Positions 49,146 to 60,109 of a stretch of DNA of 64,000 nucleotides are shown piece after piece (the stretch's first letter is position 1; each line of letters opens with the position of its first letter). This stretch comes from Flavobacteriaceae bacterium (lineage in GTDB: Bacteria > Bacteroidota > Bacteroidia > Flavobacteriales > Flavobacteriaceae): positions 22,188 to 86,187 of the forward strand of contig PACX01000022.1 of NCBI GenBank assembly GCA_002702895.1. Reading direction: 5' to 3'. The notes under the pieces are model-generated. The model was not told where the DNA came from. It saw only the letters and a list, made by a program, of their open reading frames with translations, and ran no database searches. The position numbers and the translations under genes are program-made.

Positions 49146-52100
49146 ATGGAAAACCATAAAAAATATTGGAAAAGTGAAATAGAATTATCATCTAAAAATG
49201 AGATGGTTGAAGATCTTAAAAATAAGGAATTTATTAATAAATTACCCTCAGATATATTTTTATCAAATAAAGAAAATCTTAAAAGTACAAACACAAATAG
49301 AAGAGACTTTTTAAAATATCTTGGATTTAGTACTGCTGCTGCCACACTTGCAAGTTGTGAGGGCCCAGTTAATAGATCTATTCCATACGTTGTTCAACCA
49401 GATAGAATTGTTCCAGGAATAGCAAATTTTTATGCAACCTCCATTGCTGATGGATTTGATTTTGCCAATGTACTTGTTAAAACTAGAGAGGGCAGACCTA
49501 TAAAAATAGAAAATAACACAAAAGCAAAAGTTAAATCTTCTGCAAATGCTAGGGTTCATGCCTCTGTACTATCAATGTATGATAGTCAAAGATTAAAAGG
49601 TCCAATGCACGAGGGAAAAGAAATTAATTGGAATGAATTAAATAAAAACATTATTGATGAATTAGAGTTAATGAAAACCAATGATTCTCCTGTTGCTATT
49701 TTAACACAAACATTTGCTAGTCCATCAACATTAAAAATTATTAATGAATTCAAAAGAAAGTATCCCAATGTACGACATGTAGTTTATGATGCTATTTCTG
49801 AATCAAAAGCTTTAGATGCTTTTGAAATTGCCTATGGTACAAGAGCTTTACCATCCTATGATTTTTCTAAAGCAGATGTAATTGTTTCAGTTGGTGCAGA
49901 CTTTCTAGGAGATTGGCAAGGAGGAGGACATGATACAGGCTATGCTAAGGGAAGAGTTCCTTTAAATGATGGAAGCAATAAAGCAAAAATGTCAAAACAT
50001 TTTCAGCTAGAGTCTAATATGAGTATTTCAGGCGCAAATGCTGATAAAAGAATTATGTTAACGCCAACCCAACAAAAAATAGCTTTGGCCAAAATTTATG
50101 GATATATTTCTAGTTATAATGTCGTTGGTGAATTGCCAGAAAAAATAGATTTATCTATTAAAAAAATTGCAGAATCTTTAATAAACGCAGGTAATAAAGG
50201 AATTATTATAACTGGAATAGATGATTCAGATGCTCATTTATTAACTTTTGCTATTAATGATTTATTGGGAAGTTTGTCTTTTAGAAAGAATGAGTTGTCA
50301 TTAATAAGATCAGGAAATGATAAAGAAGTATTAAAGCTTATCAAGGACTTAAATAGTGAAGAAGTTAAAGGAATAATAATGTGTGGAGTTAACCCAGCAT
50401 ACACATTGCCAAATTCTAATGAATTTATTTCTGGAATCAAAAAAACTAAGTTTTCTGTTTGTTTCTCTATGAAAAATGATGAAACAGCTGTAGAATCTAA
50501 ATGGGTAGCTGCAGCACCTCATTATTTTGAATCTTGGGGAGACAATGAGATGATTAGTGAAAATTTCAGTCTGACTCAACCAACAATTAGACCTCTTTTT
50601 GACACCATGCAATTTCAGGATTGTTTACTAAAATGGATGGGTTCTGAAAGTAGTTACTATGATTTTATTAAAGATAATTGGAATAAAAATATTCTTTACA
50701 ATTCCAGTTGGAATCAGGTATTGCATGACGGGTTTTTTAGGTCAAATAAAAAAACACAAATTAAAAACATATATTCTGATTACAATAGTTCTGCTAGTAG
50801 ACTTTCAAGCTCTAAATCAGTAGGTTTTGAAATGGTTTTATACTCTAAAACAGGTTTAGGTGATGGCCAACAAGCAAATAATCCATGGCTTCAAGAGTTC
50901 CCTGATCCTATTACTAGAGTTTCATGGGATAACTATCTAACTATATCAAAACAAGATGCAAAGCAACTTGGATTAAAAAATTATAATGTTTCTAATGGAG
51001 CATTGGATAGTAATTATGCAAAGATTAAGTCAAATGGAGTTACTTTAAAGGTGCCAGTTATTATTCAACCAGGTCAAGCTAAGGGTTCAATGGGACTTGC
51101 ATTTGGCTATGGAAAAACAAGTGGAATGAAAAAGGAGATGCAAGTTGGAGTCAATGCATTCAAATTATATACGAATTTTAATTCCTTTCAAAATATTCAA
51201 ATTGAATCTATTGATGATAATCATGAATTTGCTTGTGTTCAGTTGCACAATACTTTGATGGGAAGAGGAGATATTATTAAAGAAACTTCTCTTGAAGTTT
51301 TTAATACAAAAAAATCAAGTGAATGGAATTACATGCCAAAAGTTTCTCTCAATCATATAGAAACGCCAGTTACATCTCCAGATGTTGATATTTGGGATGA
51401 ATTTGATAGATCAATTGGGCACCATTTCAATTTATCAATTGACTTAAATGCTTGTACAGGTTGTGGGGCTTGTGTAATTGCTTGCCATGCTGAAAATAAT
51501 GTTCCTGTTGTTGGTAAGCAAGAAGTTAGGAAATCTAGAGATATGCATTGGCTAAGAATAGACAGGTATTATTCTTCGAAAGATTCTTTCAAAGAGGATA
51601 ATGATAAAAAGGATGCAATTAGTGGTATAAACGATTCCCTTTCTGTCTTCGGAGAAATGGAAGAACCTTCAGCAAATCCACAGGTAGTTTTTCAACCAGT
51701 TATGTGTCAGCATTGTAATCACGCACCATGTGAAACAGTTTGTCCAGTTGCTGCAACATCTCATGGAAGACAAGGACAAAATCATATGGCATATAATAGA
51801 TGTATTGGTACGAGGTATTGTGCTAATAACTGCCCCTACAAAGTCAGAAGGTTCAATTGGTTTTTATATAATAACAATGATGAGTTTGATTTTAATATGA
51901 ATGATGATTTAGGAAAAATGGTTTTAAACCCAGATGTTGTTGTAAGGTCAAGAGGAGTTATGGAAAAATGCTCTTTTTGTATTCAATCTACTCAAGCAGT
52001 TATTCTTAAAGCAAAAAGAGAAGGAAGAACTGTTAAAAAAGGAGAATTCAATGATACATGTGCATGTTCAGCAGCATGTTCAACTGGAGCGATGAAGTTT

Positions 52101-52235
52101 GGAGATATTAATGATAAAGAAAGTCAGGTTTCAGTCCTAAAAGAAAGTGAAAGAGTTTATCATTTACTAGAAAGCGTAGGAACAAAACCTAATGTTTTTT
52201 ATCATGTAAAAGTTAGAAATACAAACGAAACATAA
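49146..52235 (+). CDS. actB: Alternative complex III subunit ActB (molybdopterin-oxidoreductase-like domain fused to an Fe-S domain)
   Basis: Tat signal RRDFLKYLGFSTAAATLASC. C-terminal ferredoxin-like clusters CTGCGACVIAC, CQHCNHAPCETVCP, CIGTRYCANNCP. I prefer the ATG at 49146, one codon inside the track TTG. Confidence 0.9.
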   Translation: MENHKKYWKSEIELSSKNEMVEDLKNKEFINKLPSDIFLSNKENLKSTNTNRRDFLKYLGFSTAAATLASCEGPVNRSIPYVVQPDRIVPGIANFYATSIADGFDFANVLVKTREGRPIKIENNTKAKVKSSANARVHASVLSMYDSQRLKGPMHEGKEINWNELNKNIIDELELMKTNDSPVAILTQTFASPSTLKIINEFKRKYPNVRHVVYDAISESKALDAFEIAYGTRALPSYDFSKADVIVSVGADFLGDWQGGGHDTGYAKGRVPLNDGSNKAKMSKHFQLESNMSISGANADKRIMLTPTQQKIALAKIYGYISSYNVVGELPEKIDLSIKKIAESLINAGNKGIIITGIDDSDAHLLTFAINDLLGSLSFRKNELSLIRSGNDKEVLKLIKDLNSEEVKGIIMCGVNPAYTLPNSNEFISGIKKTKFSVCFSMKNDETAVESKWVAAAPHYFESWGDNEMISENFSLTQPTIRPLFDTMQFQDCLLKWMGSESSYYDFIKDNWNKNILYNSSWNQVLHDGFFRSNKKTQIKNIYSDYNSSASRLSSSKSVGFEMVLYSKTGLGDGQQANNPWLQEFPDPITRVSWDNYLTISKQDAKQLGLKNYNVSNGALDSNYAKIKSNGVTLKVPVIIQPGQAKGSMGLAFGYGKTSGMKKEMQVGVNAFKLYTNFNSFQNIQIESIDDNHEFACVQLHNTLMGRGDIIKETSLEVFNTKKSSEWNYMPKVSLNHIETPVTSPDVDIWDEFDRSIGHHFNLSIDLNACTGCGACVIACHAENNVPVVGKQEVRKSRDMHWLRIDRYYSSKDSFKEDNDKKDAISGINDSLSVFGEMEEPSANPQVVFQPVMCQHCNHAPCETVCPVAATSHGRQGQNHMAYNRCIGTRYCANNCPYKVRRFNWFLYNNNDEFDFNMNDDLGKMVLNPDVVVRSRGVMEKCSFCIQSTQAVILKAKREGRTVKKGEFNDTCACSAACSTGAMKFGDINDKESQVSVLKESERVYHLLESVGTKPNVFYHVKVRNTNET

Positions 52236-52264
52236 TTATATATTTAAAAAAATAAGTTTAAAAT

Positions 52265-53653
52265 ATGGCATCTCATTATGAAGCATCAATTAGAAAACCT
52301 CTCGTAACAGGGAGTAAGTCATATCATGACGTTTCAGTTGATATAGCAAATGCTGTGGAGGGAAAAGCTAATAAACAATGGTGGATAGTTTTTTCTATTT
52401 CTATGATATTGTTTTTATGGGGACTTGGTTGTATAATTTATACTATATCAACAGGAATTGGTGTATGGGGATTAAACAAAACCGTAGGATGGGCTTGGGA
52501 TATTACTAATTTTGTTTGGTGGATTGGAATAGGACACGCTGGAACTCTTATTTCAGCAGTTTTATTACTGTTTAGACAAAAATGGAGATTTGCAATTAAT
52601 AGGTCTGCTGAAGCTATGACTATTTTTTCGGTTATTCAGGCAGGTTTATTCCCTATAATTCATATGGGAAGACCTTGGGTAGCCTTTTGGACTTTGCCAA
52701 TTCCAAATGCATATGGTTCATTATGGGTTAATTTTAATTCTCCATTATTATGGGACGTATTCGCAATTTCCACTTATTTATCAGTTTCACTGGTTTTCTG
52801 GTGGACAGGTTTACTTCCAGACTTTGCAATGATTAGAGATAGAGCTGTAAAACCTTTTCAAAAAAAGATTTATAGTCTGGTTAGTTTTGGATGGAGCGGA
52901 AGAGCCAAAGATTGGCAAAGATTTGAGGAGGTTTCTTTGGTCTTAGCAGGGTTAGCAACTCCCCTAGTTTTATCCGTACATACAATTGTATCATTTGATT
53001 TTGCTACATCGGTAATTCCAGGTTGGCATACTACCATTTTCCCACCTTATTTTGTTGCAGGAGCTATTTTTTCTGGATTTGCCATGGTGAATACCCTATT
53101 AATAGTAATGAGAAAAGTTTCCAATTTAGAGAATTACATTACAATTCAACATATAGAACTGATGAATATTGTTATAATGATAACGGGCTCTATTGTAGGA
53201 ACTGCCTATATAACTGAATTATTTATTGCCTGGTATTCTGGAGTTGAGTATGAACAATATGCTTTTTTAAATAGAGCTACTGGTCCATATTGGTGGGCGT
53301 ATTGGTCTATGATGACCTGTAATGTTTTTTCTCCACAATTGATGTGGTTTAAGAAACTAAGAACTAGTATTGTTTTTTCATTTATTATTTCAATTGTTGT
53401 AAATATTGGAATGTGGTTTGAAAGATTTGTTATTATTGTAACTTCTTTACACAGAGATTATTTGCCTTCATCTTGGACGATGTTTTCTCCAACTTTTGTT
53501 GATATTGGAATATTTTTAGGAACAATAGGATTCTTTTTTGTCCTGTTTTTGCTTTATTCTAGAACATTTCCAGTAATATCTCAAGCTGAAGTAAAAACAA
53601 TTTTAAAAACGTCGGGGGATAACTATAAAAATTTAAGAGATAAAAATGTCTGA
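52265..53653 (+). CDS. actC: Alternative complex III subunit ActC (NrfD/PsrC-like quinol-binding membrane subunit)
   Basis: 462 aa polytopic NrfD-family protein in the expected operon position. Confidence 0.9.
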   Translation: MASHYEASIRKPLVTGSKSYHDVSVDIANAVEGKANKQWWIVFSISMILFLWGLGCIIYTISTGIGVWGLNKTVGWAWDITNFVWWIGIGHAGTLISAVLLLFRQKWRFAINRSAEAMTIFSVIQAGLFPIIHMGRPWVAFWTLPIPNAYGSLWVNFNSPLLWDVFAISTYLSVSLVFWWTGLLPDFAMIRDRAVKPFQKKIYSLVSFGWSGRAKDWQRFEEVSLVLAGLATPLVLSVHTIVSFDFATSVIPGWHTTIFPPYFVAGAIFSGFAMVNTLLIVMRKVSNLENYITIQHIELMNIVIMITGSIVGTAYITELFIAWYSGVEYEQYAFLNRATGPYWWAYWSMMTCNVFSPQLMWFKKLRTSIVFSFIISIVVNIGMWFERFVIIVTSLHRDYLPSSWTMFSPTFVDIGIFLGTIGFFFVLFLLYSRTFPVISQAEVKTILKTSGDNYKNLRDKNV

Positions 53654-54185
53654 AAAAACACTACATGCTATATATGACGACGACGACAAGCTCTTGGATG
53701 CTGTTAAGAAAATTAAAGCAGCTAAATATGAGATAGATGAAGTGTATACTCCATTTCCTGTACATGGTTTGGAAAAGGCTCTGGGTTTAAAGGACACTAG
53801 AATTGCTATTACATCATTTATTTATGGGTGTATTGGATTTTGTTTTGCAATTTGGATGATGAATTATATAATGATATTAGATTGGCCACAAAATATTGGT
53901 GGAAAACCAAGTTTTTCTTATATAGAAAACATGCCTGCTTTTGTTCCAATAATGTTTGAATTAACCGTATTCTTTGCTGCTCATTTAATGGTAATTACAT
54001 TTTATTTAAGAAGTAAATTGTGGCCCTTCAAAAAAGCTGAAAACCCAATGCCAGAAACTACTGATGATAAGTTTCTGATTGAAATTAAATTTGATGGTAA
54101 TGAAAAAGAATTAAAAAAATTAATTAATAAAACCGATGTTTTGGATATTAAAGTACATATCAATAAAAAAATAAATCATGAATAG
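53646..54185 (+). CDS. actD: Alternative complex III subunit ActD (DUF3341)
   Basis: 179 aa. 8-nt overlap with actC. Sequence (YTPFPVHGL) and position fit ActD. Confidence 0.8.
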   Translation: MSEKTLHAIYDDDDKLLDAVKKIKAAKYEIDEVYTPFPVHGLEKALGLKDTRIAITSFIYGCIGFCFAIWMMNYIMILDWPQNIGGKPSFSYIENMPAFVPIMFELTVFFAAHLMVITFYLRSKLWPFKKAENPMPETTDDKFLIEIKFDGNEKELKKLINKTDVLDIKVHINKKINHE

Positions 54186-54729
54186 AGTTATTAATTATTG
54201 TTTTGTTATTATTACGTGCCTTGTCATGTTTTCATGCTTTGATCCGTCAAAACCCAACTACCAGTATTTTCCTAATATGTATGAGTCTGTTGGTTATGAA
54301 ACTTACGAAGAGTCTTCAGCATTTTCTAATGGGATTGAAGCACAACTTCCTGTTGAGGGAACTATATCTAGAGGTTGGATTCCATATGAATTTCAGGATT
54401 CAAATGAAGGCTATGATTTAGCTAAAACAAATTTATTATCTCCGTTAGAAAAGAATGAACAGAATCTTTCTCAAGGTAAAGAACTTTATACAATATATTG
54501 TGCTGTTTGTCATGGTTCTAAAGGAGATGGTCAAGGAATTTTGACAAAAAGAGAAAAATTTTTGGGTATCCCTAGTTATGCGGATAGAGATATAACTGAG
54601 GGAAGTGTTTACCATGTTTTAATGTACGGAAGAAATCTTATGGGTTCACACTCAAGTCAGGTCGATGCAAAGGAAAGATGGCAAATAACACAATATGTAA
54701 TGAGTTTAAGAGAGAATTTAGTTAAATAA
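54178..54729 (+). CDS. actE: Alternative complex III subunit ActE (monohaem cytochrome c lipoprotein)
   Basis: 183 aa with a lipobox (VMFSC) and a single CAVCHG haem site. 8-nt overlap with actD. Confidence 0.8.
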   Translation: MNRVINYCFVIITCLVMFSCFDPSKPNYQYFPNMYESVGYETYEESSAFSNGIEAQLPVEGTISRGWIPYEFQDSNEGYDLAKTNLLSPLEKNEQNLSQGKELYTIYCAVCHGSKGDGQGILTKREKFLGIPSYADRDITEGSVYHVLMYGRNLMGSHSSQVDAKERWQITQYVMSLRENLVK

Positions 54730-54756
54730 AAATGATTTTATTAATAGTTAAAATTG

Positions 54757-56067
54757 ATGTATAAGCTTACAAAAAATATTAAGATATTTTCTTTTTCTCT
54801 GATGATAATTGGATTAGTTGGCTTGGGTTATGGTTTTTACACTGCTCCACATTCGATTGAGGAATCAAAAGCAATAGTAGCATCTAATTCCCACGGAGAA
54901 CACACTTCAGATCATTCTGAAGACATTAATGAATTAGATCATAAAGATGATGAACATTCAGTTTCTCATGATGAACATGTTTATCATCAATTAAGTAATA
55001 GGCCTTGGTCAGCACTTTATGTAGCTGCACTTTTTTTCTTTCTAATTTCATTAGGAACTCTAGCATTTTATGCTATTCAACGTGCATCACAAGCAGGATG
55101 GTCTCCAGTACTATATAGAGTAATGGAAGGAATTACAGGCTACTTATTCCCTGGTTCAATCATAATTATAATCTTTTTAATACTTTGTACTCTGCATTTA
55201 AATCATTTATTTATTTGGATGGATCCTGATGTAGTTGAGCATGATAAAATTATTAAAGCAAAGTCAGGATATTTAGACTCACAATTTTTTATTGCAAGAG
55301 CTATATTTTATTTATTAGGCTGGAATTTATATAGGTATTTTTCTAGAAAATTTTCAATTGCTCAGGATAAATCAAAAGATATTTCTAATCATAAAAAGAA
55401 TTTTAAAATATCTGCTGGATTTTTAGCGTTTTTTATCGTTACAGAATCTATGATGTCATGGGATTGGATAATGTCATTAGATCCACACTGGTTTAGTACT
55501 CTTTTTGGTTGGTATGTTTTTGCTAGTATGTTTGTTTCGGGAATAACGGTTATAGCTCTTTTAACTATATTTCTCAAATCACAAGGATATCTAAGTAAAG
55601 TAAATCATAATCATTTGCATGATTTAGCAAAATTTATGTTTGGAGTAAGTATTTTTTGGGCTTATTTATGGTTTTCTCAGTTTATGCTTATTTGGTATGC
55701 AAATATTCCAGAAGAAGTAACATATTTTATCACAAGGATAGAAGATTATTCTTTGCCATTTTGGGGGATGCTTGTTACAAATTTAATTTTCCCATTTTTA
55801 GTACTTATGAATAGTGATTATAAAAGAATAAACTGGTTTATAGTAACGACAGGAATAGTTATTTTAATTGGACATTATATAGATTTTTATAATATGATTA
55901 TGCCATCTACAGTTGGAGATCAGTGGTATATAGGAGTTCCTGAAATCGGTGGAATATTGTTTTTTGGAGGATTGTTTATTTATATTGTTCTTAATACTTT
56001 GACAAAAGCTCCTTTAGAGCCGTCTGGCGATCCTTTATTCAAAGAAAGTGAAAAATTTGTTTATTAA
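54757..56067 (+). CDS. actF: Alternative complex III subunit ActF (second NrfD-related membrane subunit)
   Basis: ~436 aa polytopic membrane protein following actE. The ATG at 54757 is one codon inside the track TTG. Confidence 0.75.
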   Translation: MYKLTKNIKIFSFSLMIIGLVGLGYGFYTAPHSIEESKAIVASNSHGEHTSDHSEDINELDHKDDEHSVSHDEHVYHQLSNRPWSALYVAALFFFLISLGTLAFYAIQRASQAGWSPVLYRVMEGITGYLFPGSIIIIIFLILCTLHLNHLFIWMDPDVVEHDKIIKAKSGYLDSQFFIARAIFYLLGWNLYRYFSRKFSIAQDKSKDISNHKKNFKISAGFLAFFIVTESMMSWDWIMSLDPHWFSTLFGWYVFASMFVSGITVIALLTIFLKSQGYLSKVNHNHLHDLAKFMFGVSIFWAYLWFSQFMLIWYANIPEEVTYFITRIEDYSLPFWGMLVTNLIFPFLVLMNSDYKRINWFIVTTGIVILIGHYIDFYNMIMPSTVGDQWYIGVPEIGGILFFGGLFIYIVLNTLTKAPLEPSGDPLFKESEKFVY

Positions 56068-56076
56068 ATATTTAAT

Positions 56077-57159
56077 ATGATAGGATTATTTACAGCGGCG
56101 GTAATACTTTTAATGGGGATAGCTATTTGGCAAATTAGCAAAATTTACCAATTAACTCAAAGTAATATGGGGATTAAAAAAGAAAATTCCCAAATAGCTA
56201 CTGAAAAAGATAATGATTTACAAGGAAAGTTAATGTTTGCTTTTTTAGTATTTATCTATGTTGTTACTATATACTGTTTTTGGAATTATACAAAGGTGCT
56301 TCTTCCAGATTCTGCTTCAGAACATGGTGTTACATATGATCGCCTAATGTGGATATCTTTTGCTATAATATTATTTGCTCAGACAATTACACAAGCGGTA
56401 TTACATTATTTTGCTTATAAGTATCGTGGAATAAAAAACAGAAAAGCTTTTTTCTTAACACATGATAATAATCTAGAGCTAATTTGGACTATAATACCTG
56501 CTATAGTATTTTTCTGTTTAATTATTTATGGAATGGTAACTTGGTCAGCCATAATGAATTTTGATGATCAAGATGAAGATGCATTGATAATTGAATTATA
56601 TGCTCAACAATGGAATTGGAAAGCAAGATATGCAGGACAAGACAATGTACTTGGAGATGCTAATGTTAGATTTTTGAATGATTTTGATGGCAGAAATTCT
56701 GTAGGAATTGACTCTTCTGACCCTAATGGATGGGATGATATTGTAGTAACACAAGAATTTCATATTCCTGTAAATAAAAAAATTATTTTTAAAATGAGAT
56801 CTCAAGATGTTTTACATTCTGCCTATATGCCTCATTTTAGAGCTCAAATGAATTGTGTTCCTGGAATGATTACTGAGTTTTCGTTTACCCCTACAAAAAC
56901 CACTGCTGAAATGAGAATGAATTCAGATATCGCTGCTAAGGTTGAAAGGATTAATAAGATTAGGTATGATAATAGTCAAAAACTACTCGCTAAAGGAGAA
57001 GAAGCATTGGATCCATATCAATTTGATTATTTATTACTTTGTGCAAAAATTTGTGGAACTTCGCATTACAATATGCAAATGAAAATTATAGTGGATACTG
57101 AAAAAGATTATGATAAATGGATTTCAAGTCAACCAGCATTTTCATCAATTATGCAATAA
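56077..57159 (+). CDS. coxB: Cytochrome c oxidase subunit II (no fused cytochrome c domain)
   Basis: CuA ligands HSAYMPHF and CAKICGTSHYNM. There is no CxxCH anywhere in the 360 aa. Confidence 0.9.
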   Translation: MIGLFTAAVILLMGIAIWQISKIYQLTQSNMGIKKENSQIATEKDNDLQGKLMFAFLVFIYVVTIYCFWNYTKVLLPDSASEHGVTYDRLMWISFAIILFAQTITQAVLHYFAYKYRGIKNRKAFFLTHDNNLELIWTIIPAIVFFCLIIYGMVTWSAIMNFDDQDEDALIIELYAQQWNWKARYAGQDNVLGDANVRFLNDFDGRNSVGIDSSDPNGWDDIVVTQEFHIPVNKKIIFKMRSQDVLHSAYMPHFRAQMNCVPGMITEFSFTPTKTTAEMRMNSDIAAKVERINKIRYDNSQKLLAKGEEALDPYQFDYLLLCAKICGTSHYNMQMKIIVDTEKDYDKWISSQPAFSSIMQ

Positions 57160-57173
57160 CTAGATTTTAAATA

Positions 57174-59027
57174 ATGAAAGAAAAAGAAAATCATAGAATT
57201 AGAGTAAAAATGGAATCAAAAGAATTTGGAGATCTACTTGATGATAAAAATCAAAATTCAGACTTTCATCAAGATCATCATCACAAAGAAACTTTTATAA
57301 CTAAATATATTTTTAGTCAAGATCACAAAATGATAGCCAAACAATATTTATTAACGGGTGTATTATTTATGGGTTTTATAGGAATTGCAATGTCATTATT
57401 ATTTAGATTACAACTAGCATGGCCCGAAGAATCTTTTGCTGTTTATGATATTTTTTTAGGTAAGTGGGCGCCAGAAGGTGTTATGGATCCAAATATATAT
57501 TTAGCGTTAGTTACCATTCATGGAACTATCATGGTGTTCTTTGTTTTAACTGCAGGCCTTAGTGGAACTTTCAGTAATTTATTAATTCCATTACAAATAG
57601 GCGCTAGAGATATGGCATCAGGATTTTTAAATATGCTTTCTTTTTGGCTGTTTTTTCTATCTAGTGTTATTATGCTTGCATCTTTATTTGTTGAGGCTGG
57701 ACCTGCTGCTGCTGGATGGACGGTTTACCCCCCCTTAAGTGCTCTTCCTCAAGCTCAGTCTGGATCAGGATTAGGAATGACATTGTGGTTAATTTCCATG
57801 GCAGTTTTTGTTGCATCTTCTTTATTAGGTTCATTAAATTATATAGTTACTGTAATTAATTTAAGAACTAAAGGAATGTCTTTATTTAGACTGCCATTAA
57901 CTATTTGGGCATTTTTAGTCACAGCAATAATTGGAGTAATATCATTTCCAGTTTTATTGTCTGCTGCATTACTTTTAATTATGGATAGAAGTTTTGGAAC
58001 CTCATTTTTTCTCTCAGATATTTTTGTTCAGGGTGAAGTATTACATTATCAAGGAGGATCACCAGTTTTATTTGAACATTTATTTTGGTTTTTAGGGCAT
58101 CCTGAAGTATATATAGTTATTTTACCTGCTTTAGGAATAACTTCTGAAATAATTGCAACAAATTCTAGAAAACCAATTTTTGGATATAGAGCAATGGTTG
58201 CTTCTATTTTAGCAATAGCATTTTTATCTACAATTGTATGGGCTCATCATATGTTTATTTCAGGAATGAATCCATTTTTAGGTTCTGTATTTACATTTAC
58301 TACACTTTTAATTGCAATCCCATCAGCAGTTAAAGCTTTTAATTATATTGCAACTCTATGGAAAGGAAATCTACAATTTAATCCTGGAATGCTTTTCTCC
58401 ATTGGTTTAGTTTCTACTTTTATTACTGGTGGTTTAACAGGAATTATTTTAGGGGATAGCACATTAGATATTAATGTTCATGACACCTATTTTGTTGTAG
58501 CTCATTTTCATTTAGTTATGGGTATATCCGCACTTTATGGGTTATTTGCAGGTGTATACCATTGGTTTCCTAAATTATTTAAAAGAATGATGAATAAAAA
58601 TTTAGGATACATACATTTTTGGATAACAGCTATTTCGGCATATGGCGTGTTTTTCCCAATGCATTTTATTGGGATGGCTGGTCTTCCTAGAAGATATTAT
58701 ACTAATACTGCATTTCCATATTTTGATGATTTAGCTGATATTAACGTAATTATTACAGTTTTTGCATTATTAGCTGGATTTGCTCAATTAATATTTTTAT
58801 ACAATTTCATTTACAGTATGTTTTATGGTCAAAAAACAGTCCAAAATCCATGGAAATCTAATACCTTAGAATGGACTGCACCCATAAAACATATACATGG
58901 AAACTGGGAGGGAGAAATTCCTCATGTTTTTAGGTGGGCCTATGATTATAGTAAGCCAGGACATAAAGAGGATTTTGTCCCTCAGACTGTTCCAATTGGA
59001 GATAAAGAAGAAATTACAGAACACTAG
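57174..59027 (+). CDS. ctaD: Cytochrome c oxidase subunit I
   Basis: 617 aa haem-copper oxidase (GHPEVYI, WAHHMF, VAHFHLVM). Confidence 0.96.
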   Translation: MKEKENHRIRVKMESKEFGDLLDDKNQNSDFHQDHHHKETFITKYIFSQDHKMIAKQYLLTGVLFMGFIGIAMSLLFRLQLAWPEESFAVYDIFLGKWAPEGVMDPNIYLALVTIHGTIMVFFVLTAGLSGTFSNLLIPLQIGARDMASGFLNMLSFWLFFLSSVIMLASLFVEAGPAAAGWTVYPPLSALPQAQSGSGLGMTLWLISMAVFVASSLLGSLNYIVTVINLRTKGMSLFRLPLTIWAFLVTAIIGVISFPVLLSAALLLIMDRSFGTSFFLSDIFVQGEVLHYQGGSPVLFEHLFWFLGHPEVYIVILPALGITSEIIATNSRKPIFGYRAMVASILAIAFLSTIVWAHHMFISGMNPFLGSVFTFTTLLIAIPSAVKAFNYIATLWKGNLQFNPGMLFSIGLVSTFITGGLTGIILGDSTLDINVHDTYFVVAHFHLVMGISALYGLFAGVYHWFPKLFKRMMNKNLGYIHFWITAISAYGVFFPMHFIGMAGLPRRYYTNTAFPYFDDLADINVIITVFALLAGFAQLIFLYNFIYSMFYGQKTVQNPWKSNTLEWTAPIKHIHGNWEGEIPHVFRWAYDYSKPGHKEDFVPQTVPIGDKEEITEH

Positions 59028-59083
59028 TTTAGAATAAATTTTAAAATTAAATACAGATTTGCTTTTTGCTTATCTTTGATTTA

Positions 59084-60106
59084 ATGAATGAAAATTTAGA
59101 TCCAACAGATTCTAATTTTAATAATGAGGAATTAGAATTAGATAAAGCTTTAAGGCCATTAAGCTTTGATGATTTTGCTGGACAAGATCAAATACTAAAT
59201 AACCTAAGAATTTTTGTTGAGGCAAGCAATCAAAGATCTGATGCTTTAGATCATACTTTATTTCATGGACCGCCTGGCCTTGGAAAAACAACTTTAGCTC
59301 ATATTGTTGCAAATGAGCTGGGTGTTAATCTTAAAGTTTCGTCTGGACCTGTTTTAGATAAACCAGGAGATTTAGCTGGATTACTAACTAACCTTGAACC
59401 TAGAGATGTTCTTTTTATTGATGAAATTCATAGACTAAGTCCTGTAGTTGAAGAATATTTGTATTCTGCAATGGAAGATTATAAAATTGATATAATGATT
59501 GAATCAGGTCCAAATGCGAGATCAGTTCAAATTAATTTAAATCCATTTACTTTAATTGGAGCTACAACTAGATCGGGATTATTAACAGCACCAATGCGAG
59601 CGAGATTTGGTATAAATAATAGATTGGAATACTATAAAACAGAATTATTATCAACTATTGTCGAAAGAAGTTCTGATATTTTAGAAATTAAAATTGACAA
59701 TGATGCTGCTATTGAAATTGCAGGAAGAAGTAGGGGAACACCAAGAATTTCTAATTCTTTATTAAGAAGAGTCAGGGATTTTGCTCAGATTAAGGGAAGC
59801 GGTAATATTGATTTAGAAATTACAAGGTTTGCTTTAAAATCTTTAAATGTTGATAAGCATGGTTTAGATGAAATGGATAATAAAATTTTAACAACACTAA
59901 TTGACAAGTTTAAGGGAGGTCCTGTGGGAATAAATACTTTATCTACAGCGGTTTCTGAAAGCTCGGAAACATTAGAGGAAGTTTATGAGCCATTTTTAAT
60001 TCAACAAGGATTTATTGTTAGAACACCAAGAGGAAGAGAGGTAACAAAATTAGCATATGATCATTTAGGAAAAAAAAATGTTAATTCCCAAAATGAATTA
60101 TTTTAG
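59084..60106 (+). CDS. ruvB: Holliday junction branch-migration helicase RuvB
   Basis: Walker [10 protein letters not shown], Walker [10 protein letters not shown], and RGTPRI. I prefer the ATG at 59084 (MNENLDP) to the track TTG at 59066. Confidence 0.95.
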   Translation: MNENLDPTDSNFNNEELELDKALRPLSFDDFAGQDQILNNLRIFVEASNQRSDALDHTLFHGPPGLGKTTLAHIVANELGVNLKVSSGPVLDKPGDLAGLLTNLEPRDVLFIDEIHRLSPVVEEYLYSAMEDYKIDIMIESGPNARSVQINLNPFTLIGATTRSGLLTAPMRARFGINNRLEYYKTELLSTIVERSSDILEIKIDNDAAIEIAGRSRGTPRISNSLLRRVRDFAQIKGSGNIDLEITRFALKSLNVDKHGLDEMDNKILTTLIDKFKGGPVGINTLSTAVSESSETLEEVYEPFLIQQGFIVRTPRGREVTKLAYDHLGKKNVNSQNELF

Positions 60107-60109
60107 TTT

